Origin: Lachnospiraceae bacterium UBA4711
Lineage (GTDB): Bacteria > Bacillota > Clostridia > Lachnospirales > Lachnospiraceae
DNA length: 63,442 nt
Assembly (NCBI GenBank): GCA_002404515.1
Contig: DHJV01000111.1
Location: 1 to 63,442 of the forward strand
Direction: 5' to 3'
In this document: in pieces, positions 28,328 to 35,462 of the stretch
How the letters are laid out: each line of letters starts with the position of its first letter
Position numbering within the stretch: the stretch's first letter is position 1
Made by a program: the position numbers and the translations under genes
The notes under the pieces: model-generated
Database searches by the model: none
Told to the model about the DNA's origin: nothing
The model's input: the letters and a program-made list of their open reading frames with translations, nothing else

Positions 28328-29260
28328 ATGGATATTATAGTAGTTGATCCAAATGGAAATCAGAGAAAATATAATATTGAAGCTTTTCAAAAAGAAGTTG
28401 TAAGCTTTGGACGGCAGCCAGATAATGATATTGTTTTTAATTATGATTTTGTGTCGCGTGTGCATGGTGTGATATATCGTGAGGGAATACAGTATTATAT
28501 AGAAGATATGAACAGTACAAATGGAATCTATGTAAATGGAAGCAGGACGAAGCGGGCAAAATTGAACATGGGAGATAGCATAGTGCTCGCACGTTCTTTA
28601 AAAGATGAAAGCCGGATTCAGATGTCGGTGGGTGACAATGTGGTAGTGCAACAAACATATGTACAACCATATCAGCAACCAGTTTATACAAATGGAAGCG
28701 GTGCATATGGAAATATTGTGCAGCAACAGCCGATGGCTTGGTATAAATTTATTATTTACTTTCAACTGTTTTTTGCCGCATTTTTTAGTGGAATGCTTGC
28801 GTTTATGGCATTTTCTACTGTTTCAAATATGAAAGATACAAGACCTAATATGCAATATTTGGAATGGGCAGATGATTTGCTTGATTCTAGCTATTCGGAC
28901 AGTATTGATTCTATTATAATACAGTATGTAATTCTAGGAGTATTGGCGGCAGTTACAGCAGTTATTTGCATAGTGGTACGAAATGAGTTGGCAGAATTTA
29001 AAGCCAGCGGTCCAAGAAATTATTATTTGGTTAATTTTATGATTGCAGCATGTTTATGCTTGTATGGTGCAATTGTATTTCAGCTTGCTTTTATCGAGCA
29101 AAATACATATATGTGGATTGAAAATGGTGGAGATGCAATGAGTGATGATGTGAAAGGTGCAATTTCGCTCTGTAGTGGAGTGATTATGGCAATAACAGGA
29201 TCTTATGTAGTGTTGAATAAATTGTATTTTGAGAGAAGAAAACATTTATTTACAAGGTAG
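28328..29260 (+). CDS. FHA + four-TM membrane protein
   Basis: FHA KEVVSFGRQPDNDIVFNYDFVSRVHGV (nearly identical to 4655 gene); 'PMAWYKFIIYFQLF' and TMs; C-terminal YFERRKHLF. Confidence 0.87.
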   Translation: MDIIVVDPNGNQRKYNIEAFQKEVVSFGRQPDNDIVFNYDFVSRVHGVIYREGIQYYIEDMNSTNGIYVNGSRTKRAKLNMGDSIVLARSLKDESRIQMSVGDNVVVQQTYVQPYQQPVYTNGSGAYGNIVQQQPMAWYKFIIYFQLFFAAFFSGMLAFMAFSTVSNMKDTRPNMQYLEWADDLLDSSYSDSIDSIIIQYVILGVLAAVTAVICIVVRNELAEFKASGPRNYYLVNFMIAACLCLYGAIVFQLAFIEQNTYMWIENGGDAMSDDVKGAISLCSGVIMAITGSYVVLNKLYFERRKHLFTR

Positions 29261-29282
29261 ATAAAAAGAGGAATGCATAGAC

Positions 29283-30287
29283 ATGAATATCAAAAAGTGT
29301 GAGCGAGGACATTTTTATAATGGGGACAAATATCAAACGTGTCCCCATTGCAAGGAAACAGAGACGGTAAAAGATATCCATCAAAATGAGGAGACAAAAC
29401 CGGTACATGGTTATCAGATTGATGAAAATATGCCGGAAACAATCGCATATGGAAGAAATGCAACAGTGGGTGATACGGTTGCATATACATCAAGCGATGC
29501 GGGCATGAAAGGCGAGTTTTTATATCAGAACGAGGATATGGCTCCTCAAAAACAGCAGCCAGTTGTACAGCAGGAGCATGTCCAGAATTTACTTCCGGTA
29601 GGATGGCTGGTGGCAGTATCCGGATTGGAATACGGGAAACAATATCCGATATTTACCTGTGACAATTTTATTGGAAGTAGTGCAGAAAATACTATTTGTA
29701 TACAGGGAGACGCATATGTTTTGCCAGAACACCATTGCACACTGTCGTTTGATATAATGCAGCAGAAGATTGTTTTGAACTTGGAAAGCTCAACTGGGGA
29801 AATCAATGTAAACGATGTGCGTGTAATGGAGAGCTGTTATTTGAATCATAAGGATAAAATCCAAATAGGTGGTTCTGTATACATGTTGATTGAGTTGTGC
29901 AGAGATGGGTTTTCCTGGTGGAACACTTTGCCTGTACAGGAGCAAAAAAAGACGGATCAGATTAATGATATTGACCTTGCCTTTTCGGAAGAACAGAGTA
30001 CAGGCATGAATTTAAATATGGAGGATATTCGGGCCAAGATGCGGGTACGACATTCTGTGGCATTTGCTCCACAGAAGATGCCAATATTGGCAGAGAGTAA
30101 TATGCAGGATGTCGCTTCAATGAGGGCTGGAGAGACAAGCGTTCTTATGGGGGATGGTATGATGGATATGTCTGATCTTCAGGAGACAAACGTTCTGGCA
30201 GCGTCTACATGGAGATGTGCGATGTGTAATGGATTAAATTCGGAATTCGCAAAAGTCTGTATGATATGTGGAGCAAAGAGGGTTTAG
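29283..30287 (+). CDS. Zn-ribbon + degenerate FHA + C-terminal RanBP2-type zinc finger
   Basis: CERGHFYN...CPHC; GWLV..FIGSS (no GR); WRCAMCNGLNSEFAKVCMIC fits W-x-C-x2-C-x3-N-x6-C-x2-C. Confidence 0.82.
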   Translation: MNIKKCERGHFYNGDKYQTCPHCKETETVKDIHQNEETKPVHGYQIDENMPETIAYGRNATVGDTVAYTSSDAGMKGEFLYQNEDMAPQKQQPVVQQEHVQNLLPVGWLVAVSGLEYGKQYPIFTCDNFIGSSAENTICIQGDAYVLPEHHCTLSFDIMQQKIVLNLESSTGEINVNDVRVMESCYLNHKDKIQIGGSVYMLIELCRDGFSWWNTLPVQEQKKTDQINDIDLAFSEEQSTGMNLNMEDIRAKMRVRHSVAFAPQKMPILAESNMQDVASMRAGETSVLMGDGMMDMSDLQETNVLAASTWRCAMCNGLNSEFAKVCMICGAKRV

Positions 30288-30371
30288 ATGAAATATCCAT
30301 CTAGTTATTTTCCTGCATTTACGTTATAATAAAGATAATTTTCAAATGAATAACATAACCGAGGTTAAATT

Positions 30372-31043
30372 ATGAATATCAGAAAATGTGAAAATGGTCA
30401 TTATTATAACGGAGACAGATACAAAATCTGCCCATATTGTGAGGAAGCGAATCTCCTGAAAAATCCAGACACTGTGAAGCAGGAGAATGTAAAAAAGGAA
30501 AAGGCAGATAAGAAGAAAGAACCGAAGGTTCGTCCGGTTAAGAAAAAATATGTGGAGAAGGATATCCGCCAGGATTATCGGAAATTGACAGAACTTCTGA
30601 TTGAATGGAACATGTCAATTACCACGATGGAGAGTGCAACTGCTGGGCAGATTGCGTCTCTGATTACGGATACGGAAGGGGCATCTGCCATCTTCAAAGG
30701 TGCAAGCATCACATATAGCAATGAGACGAAGATTATGCAGGGTGTGTCCGCAGAGGTGATTCATAAGTATACGGTGTATTCAAAGGAGACAGCGGAGGCG
30801 ATGGCGACCGCCTGCGCCAACATGTATGGTGCGGACATCGGAATTGGAGTCACCGGAACGATGGGAAATACAGATCCGGACAATGTGGATGCATCAGTTC
30901 CGGGACAGGTTTATTTTGCGATAAGCCTGAAAGGTACTGTCCGGTCCTATGTTGTCGAGATTCCACAGCAGCCAAGTAGGTTGATGTACAAACTGGCGGT
31001 GGCAAAGGAAGTCTATGATGTATTGATGAGATTGTTTGAGTAA
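30372..31043 (+). CDS. Zn-ribbon fused to CinA C-terminal / PncC (NMN amidohydrolase) domain
   Basis: CENGHYYN...CPYC; TMESATAG, EGAS, TYSNETK, MA..., GVTG motifs of CinA/PncC. Confidence 0.85.
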   Translation: MNIRKCENGHYYNGDRYKICPYCEEANLLKNPDTVKQENVKKEKADKKKEPKVRPVKKKYVEKDIRQDYRKLTELLIEWNMSITTMESATAGQIASLITDTEGASAIFKGASITYSNETKIMQGVSAEVIHKYTVYSKETAEAMATACANMYGADIGIGVTGTMGNTDPDNVDASVPGQVYFAISLKGTVRSYVVEIPQQPSRLMYKLAVAKEVYDVLMRLFE

Positions 31044-31047
31044 AAAG

Positions 31048-31087
31048 AAAGACATGATATACACCTCAAAATGTATATCATGTCTTT
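31048..31087. terminator. Bidirectional terminator ending the island and the convergent rpn gene
   Basis: Perfect 16-bp inverted repeat AAAGACATGATATACA / TGTATATCATGTCTTT. Confidence 0.8.
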
Positions 31088-31092
31088 TTGGA

Positions 31093-31473
31093 TTATTTAG
31101 AATTAAGAAGTGCTTGCATTTGCGCAAGCTCCTTTTTCAGAGATGCAATTTCAGAATCTCTGTTATCGAGTTCGTGTTGTTTTTCTTGTAATTCCTGTTT
31201 AGCATCTTGCAATTTATGTTGCTCTTGTTGTAATTCCTGTTTAGCATCTTGCAATTTATGTTGCTCTTGTTGCAATTCCAGCTGCTTGTCCTGGAGTTCC
31301 AGTTGTTTTTCGTGTAATTCCAGTTGTTTTTCGTGTAATTCCAGTTGTTTGTCCTGCAGTTCTAGTTGAACCTGTTCCAGTTGTTCCTGCCGTTGCTTTA
31401 ATAAGGCACGGTGCTGGTCCGCCATGTATTGGTACATATTTTCATCTAATTTTTGTAGTGCTTCTGAGAACAT
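31093..31473 (-). CDS. Putative internally initiated RpnS-like small protein (126 aa)
   Basis: GAGGAGGTGA SD (31488-31479) 5 nt upstream of in-frame ATG: MFSEALQKLDEN... Confidence 0.6.
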   Translation of the reverse strand: MFSEALQKLDENMYQYMADQHRALLKQRQEQLEQVQLELQDKQLELHEKQLELHEKQLELQDKQLELQQEQHKLQDAKQELQQEQHKLQDAKQELQEKQHELDNRDSEIASLKKELAQMQALLNSK

Positions 31474-32301
31474 TCCGATCACCTCCTCAGGGTTGTGGAC
31501 ATATTCTGAGATTTCTTCAAAGATCTCTTCCATCCACGGATATTTCAGGCATAAAGCTTCTGCTTCTTCGTAGGTTGACACGCAGAGCAAAGACAGCCAT
31601 GCTGTGAGTTCCTGTTCATCTTTAGCATACCCAACATTGCGAAATACGTCAAGTGAAATTAAGTAAAACTCTTGCAGCAGATCAATTTGCAAACCAGTGT
31701 CAAATACGGTTTTTCCGTGATGCAGATATAGCTGATTGGTTTCCGGGGTGTGAAAGGCGCGGTACACAGGGGCGTTAGAGCTTTCTGCATCTGTATTTTC
31801 AAATATTACAATCGTGTATACTTTGTTTAAAGCATCATAATTAAAACGCTCAAGAAGCTCATTTTTTACCTGCTCATATTGCCGAAGAAGTAGATCAGCA
31901 GAGTAACAGGACATTCTTTCAGCGGGAAATGCGGTAGCGAGCTTCTGAATTTCGACCGTGGTGATAGAACCATCTGCCAGACGGACGACGATGTCCATTA
32001 TAAGCAGGGCATTTCCTTTGATTAGAACATCTTTGTTAGAAAGTGTAGCGGTTACTGTCACAGGCTGTCCCATGATGGCAGAAATCAGTCTGGATAATCG
32101 GTTTGGGTGAATGTCTGTATTGAAAATGCGCTTGAAAAATGGATCGTAGGTAAGCGGAAGCGTTCGCTTGCTTAGAAAATAATCCTGAACCAGCATTTTC
32201 CAATCCGGCTTAAATGTACTATATAAAGCATTTGCGGTCGGATAAGATTGGATGTATTGTTCAAATTCTGTTACAGAGTGAAATAAATCGTTATGAAGCA
32301 T
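31093..32301 (-). CDS. Rpn-family (PD-(D/E)XK nuclease / putative transposase) protein with coiled-coil C-terminus
   Basis: LTYDPFFKRIF, IMDIVVRL.DGS...VEIQK, ERMSCYSADL; ATG 32301 after AAAGGAGG. Confidence 0.87.
   Translation of the reverse strand: MLHNDLFHSVTEFEQYIQSYPTANALYSTFKPDWKMLVQDYFLSKRTLPLTYDPFFKRIFNTDIHPNRLSRLISAIMGQPVTVTATLSNKDVLIKGNALLIMDIVVRLADGSITTVEIQKLATAFPAERMSCYSADLLLRQYEQVKNELLERFNYDALNKVYTIVIFENTDAESSNAPVYRAFHTPETNQLYLHHGKTVFDTGLQIDLLQEFYLISLDVFRNVGYAKDEQELTAWLSLLCVSTYEEAEALCLKYPWMEEIFEEISEYVHNPEEVIGMFSEALQKLDENMYQYMADQHRALLKQRQEQLEQVQLELQDKQLELHEKQLELHEKQLELQDKQLELQQEQHKLQDAKQELQQEQHKLQDAKQELQEKQHELDNRDSEIASLKKELAQMQALLNSK
31186..31374. repeat. Coding tandem repeats: 2 x 42 bp plus about 5 x 21 bp heptad units
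   Basis: ttgtaattcctgtttagcatcttgcaatttatgttgctcttg at 31186 and 31228; 21-bp units encode LELHEKQ/LELQDKQ. Confidence 0.85.
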
Positions 32302-32377
32302 AAAGTTCCTCCTTTGAAATAAAATGAATGCACAAAAAGTAAAATAAAATGGAATATCAATGAAATTGGTAAAGATA

Positions 32378-32500
32378 AAATTATAAAAGACTGTTACCGA
32401 ACTACGCCAGAACAACGATTCTCGACAACAAAGAAACTGTATCATAAACACATAATGCTTGTAAATAGCTTTTAGCAAATGCAACAAATGCTTGCATTTT
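32378..32500 (-). promoter_or_regulatory. Conserved rpn promoter, operator palindrome and leader hairpin (copy 1)
   Basis: Homologous to 35299-35430; TTTACA...TGaTACAGT on the minus strand; hairpin 32392-32430; inverted repeat AAATGCAA/TTGCATTT. Confidence 0.6.
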
Positions 32501-32602
32501 GTGGATAACTTTGCACAACGTATCAACTGTTTTATTATCTTGGAAAAGCACTATTTTCCATCATTCGTCATAGTATATACAAAGAGGGATAGCGAGGCAG
32601 CC

Positions 32603-33226
32603 ATGCAGACTTTTCATCACCCGCTCTCTCCCGAAGAGGAATCGTATTATCTGCAAAAAGCAAAGGCGGGCAATCTTTCCGCACGCAATATCCTTGTAGA
32701 ATACAATCTGCGTCTTGTCGCGCATATCGTCAAAAAATATCAAACCGGAAACCGTTCCACCGAGGATCTGATTTCCATCGGCACGATCGGCCTGATCAAA
32801 GCAATCAATACATATGATACTGACAAGGGTTCAAAGCTTGTCACCTACGCCAGCCGTTGTATCGAAAACGAACTTTTGATGCGGCTGCGGCAGGAGCGTA
32901 AGGAAGCGCGTGAGATTTCCCTGTACGAACCAATCGGCACTGACCGGGAAGGAAATGAAATCAGTTTGATGGATGTCATCCGAATTGATGAAGAAAATGT
33001 GCTTTTGAATGTTATCACATCCGAAAGCCTCAGAAATATCAATGAACTGTTTACCGAAGTATTAGACGACCGGGAGCAGCAGGTAATTGCGCTCCGTTAC
33101 GGTTTATACGACAACCGGGAGCTTACCCAGAAAGAGATCTCGAATCTGCTGCATATCTCGCGTTCCTATGTCTCACGGATAGAAAAAAAGGCACTGCTTA
33201 AGCTGCGCAGTGCCTTGTGCGTATAA
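32603..33226 (+). CDS. sigK: Sporulation sigma factor SigK (no pro-peptide, no skin interruption)
   Basis: PLSPEEE...YNLRLVAHIVKKY, EDLISIGTIGLIKAI, TYASRCIENE, EPIGTDREGNEISLMD, ISRSYVSRIEKKAL. Confidence 0.88.
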   Translation: MQTFHHPLSPEEESYYLQKAKAGNLSARNILVEYNLRLVAHIVKKYQTGNRSTEDLISIGTIGLIKAINTYDTDKGSKLVTYASRCIENELLMRLRQERKEAREISLYEPIGTDREGNEISLMDVIRIDEENVLLNVITSESLRNINELFTEVLDDREQQVIALRYGLYDNRELTQKEISNLLHISRSYVSRIEKKALLKLRSALCV

Positions 33227-33262
33227 TCTCGTATCCGAAATCCATGGATAAAAATGAATAGG

Positions 33263-33294
33263 GGGGTACCATTACCATTCTTCGCCGGTACCCC
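33263..33294. terminator. Hairpin between convergent sigK and the rpn-associated gene
   Basis: GGGGTACC / GGTACCCC inverted repeat; no clear U-tract. Confidence 0.4.
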
Positions 33295-33408
33295 TGTAAA
33301 TTATTGTTTTTCTGCCAATACGATATCAATGATCAGCAGGGAATCAACCGAATGACCTCCATAAAAAACCAAACACTTACACACTTTTCTTGACAAACTC
33401 GCCCAGTT

Positions 33409-33987
33409 TTAGTTTTTCCCTGCTAACAGAGATTCAAGTTCTGTAATTTCTTCCGCTGTTGCATCTAATTCTTGTTTCATCTGCTTTAGGTTTTCTTCCG
33501 ATGGTTTAATGCTTTCTTCCAATTGTCTTCTTATTTTATCCAATCGTTTATTTATTTCATCTGATTGTCTACATATTTCATCCAATCGTCTAATGTTTTC
33601 TTCTGATTGTTTAATGCTTTCTTCTGATTGTATTGGGAGATTTGTTTTCTCCTGTATTTCTTTTTGCATTTCTTCAATCATGTATTTCACTGTATTTCTA
33701 TCTGCAATTTTTAATGCTTCCGAAGACCTACGAAGCATCTCTTCGGTTAACATCTCTTCGTATTCTAATTGTTGTGGGGATTTTTCTTCTATTTCCAACT
33801 CTTGGTATTCATCCCTGTTATCTATCGGTTCCCCGTTTGACTGTCGTACTTTGGCCTGTAGTTCGTGCAACATGTATAGTGCAGTATTTCTGTCTGCAAT
33901 TCTTAATGCTTCGGAAGACATGCGAAATGCCTCTTCATCGGGTAACTGTTGAATATCCATATACATTTGTTGATTTTTTTCTTGCAT
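33409..33987 (-). CDS. Stand-alone protein made of two RpnS-like modules plus coiled coil
   Basis: MSSEALRIADRNTALYM and RSSEALKIADRNTVKYM match MFSEALKIADRNTVKYM of the upstream rpn; AAAGGAG RBS. Confidence 0.75.
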   Translation of the reverse strand: MQEKNQQMYMDIQQLPDEEAFRMSSEALRIADRNTALYMLHELQAKVRQSNGEPIDNRDEYQELEIEEKSPQQLEYEEMLTEEMLRRSSEALKIADRNTVKYMIEEMQKEIQEKTNLPIQSEESIKQSEENIRRLDEICRQSDEINKRLDKIRRQLEESIKPSEENLKQMKQELDATAEEITELESLLAGKN

Positions 33988-34001
33988 CTTCAGCGTCTCC
34001 T

Positions 34002-34301
34002 TTATTTTTGATAGATATTGGAAATATTATTTTTTGCTAGTAATGCTTTCAACTGCGCGTTTTCTTCCCGTGTACGCTGCAAATCGGCTTCTGTCAGTTT
34101 CTGATTTTCCTCTGCCAATTTCCGTTTTTCCGCTTCCTGCTGCAGGTTTTCTTCTGTTTGTTTCCGCCTTTGAGTCTCCTGCTGCAGGTTTTCTTCTGTT
34201 TGTTTACGTAGTTCGGCTTCATGCGTCGCCTTATCCTGCAGCTCTTCAATCATGTATTTCACTGTATTTCTATCTGCAATTTTTAACGCTTCTGAAAACA
34301 T
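34002..34301 (-). CDS. Putative internally initiated RpnS-like small protein (99 aa)
   Basis: GAGGAGGTGA SD (34316-34307) 5 nt upstream of in-frame ATG: MFSEALKIADRN... Confidence 0.6.
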   Translation of the reverse strand: MFSEALKIADRNTVKYMIEELQDKATHEAELRKQTEENLQQETQRRKQTEENLQQEAEKRKLAEENQKLTEADLQRTREENAQLKALLAKNNISNIYQK

Positions 34302-35153
34302 GAGAATCACCTCCTCAGGGTTGTTTACGTATGCACTCATTTCATGGAATATTGCTCCGCTCCATGGATAGCGTCTGATCACGCGTTCCACATCTGCCAT
34401 TGTCTCGGCAGTCAGGATGGAGAGCCAGCCTTCCAAGTTATTCATATTGCAATTAATAGTTTTCAAAGCATCTGAATTCTTACCATCAGTATATCCGTTT
34501 TGACTAAATACATCAAGTGCAATCAGGAAATATTCCTGAAGAAGATTCAATTTAAGGTTCGTGTCAAAGCGGGTTTTACCATGATGAATATAGGCGCCTT
34601 GCAGCATTGGATCCTTAAAATCGCCCTCGGTTTTTTCGTACAGAACAATGGTGTAAACTTTCTTCATATCAGAATATTTAAAGTTTTTGTCCTTCTTCAA
34701 ACGCGAGTATTCGCGCATCAGAAGGTCGGATGAGTAGCAGGAAATCCGCTCAGCAGTGAACATGTATGGGATTTTCTGGATTTCCACATTTGCAAGCGAA
34801 CCATCGCTTAACCGGACAACGATATCCATAATCAGCAGGGAATCAATTGATATGGCCGTATTCTCGGAGGGCAAGACACTCTCCACGGTGACCGGTTCTC
34901 CAATGATGGCGCTGAGCAGATGCGACAGCCAGTCTGGATGCCGGTCCGGGTGGAACATGCATTTGAAGAACGGATCGTAGGTAAGCGGCATCGTTTTCTT
35001 GCCAGTCATGTAATCCTCGAAACGCTTCTTCCAAGTTTCGTCGAGCAAGGCGTAGTCTGCATAGAGATTATGCTGTTTCATAGCTTCTTCCAGATCATTT
35101 ACAGTCGTGTAAAATATGTTCTGTGGTTCTTTGGTTATTGTTTCATTCGTCAT
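34002..35153 (-). CDS. Rpn-family (PD-(D/E)XK nuclease / putative transposase) protein
   Basis: LTYDPFFKCMF, IMDIVVRLSDGSLANVEIQK, ERISCYSSDL; paralogue of 31093..32301; AAGGAGG RBS. Confidence 0.88.
   Translation of the reverse strand: MTNETITKEPQNIFYTTVNDLEEAMKQHNLYADYALLDETWKKRFEDYMTGKKTMPLTYDPFFKCMFHPDRHPDWLSHLLSAIIGEPVTVESVLPSENTAISIDSLLIMDIVVRLSDGSLANVEIQKIPYMFTAERISCYSSDLLMREYSRLKKDKNFKYSDMKKVYTIVLYEKTEGDFKDPMLQGAYIHHGKTRFDTNLKLNLLQEYFLIALDVFSQNGYTDGKNSDALKTINCNMNNLEGWLSILTAETMADVERVIRRYPWSGAIFHEMSAYVNNPEEVILMFSEALKIADRNTVKYMIEELQDKATHEAELRKQTEENLQQETQRRKQTEENLQQEAEKRKLAEENQKLTEADLQRTREENAQLKALLAKNNISNIYQK
34135..34205. repeat. Coding 42-bp-period repeat (KQTEENLQQE x2)
   Basis: tcctgctgcaggttttcttctgtttgttt at 34135 and 34177. 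Confidence 0.8.
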
Positions 35154-35298
35154 AAGATATGCCTCCTTAAATTAGATGTGTACATGAAATATCTCTGTGA
35201 CAGAACGAAATAATTTCATGTAATTAAAGTTGTTAATGGGTAATAATTAAAATTTGCGCGCAAAAAGGGTAATAATTTGTATTCGAAGAATCGAATAG

Positions 35299-35430
35299 AA
35301 AATTATAAAATCAATAGACTGTTACCAAACTACGCTATGAACGAGCGCTTCTTGACAACAAAGAAACTGTACCATGAACGGTATCTGTTTGTAAAGATTT
35401 TTTTCAAAATGCTACAAATTGTAGCATTTT
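35299..35430 (-). promoter_or_regulatory. Conserved rpn promoter, operator palindrome and leader hairpin (copy 2)
   Basis: TTTACA...TGgTACAGT on the minus strand; hairpin 35320-35360; perfect palindrome AAAATGCTACAA-A-TTGTAGCATTTT (35406-35430). Confidence 0.6.
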
Positions 35431-35462
35431 ATATATAAAATACAAAAAGGCACTGTTCAAAC

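Noticed and set aside
10247..31043. Type VI or type VII secretion cluster (these also contain FHA, kinase and PP2C genes)
   Set aside because: No FtsK/EssC ATPase, WXG100, Hcp, VgrG or sheath genes recognised.
31186..31374. Short tandem repeats resembling a CRISPR array
   Set aside because: Units are contiguous multiples of 21 bp with no unique spacers, encode coiled-coil heptads in frame, and no cas genes are present.
31093..35153. Rpn genes as active IS elements
   Set aside because: No terminal inverted repeats or target-site duplications seen around either gene; the transposase label for this family is putative.
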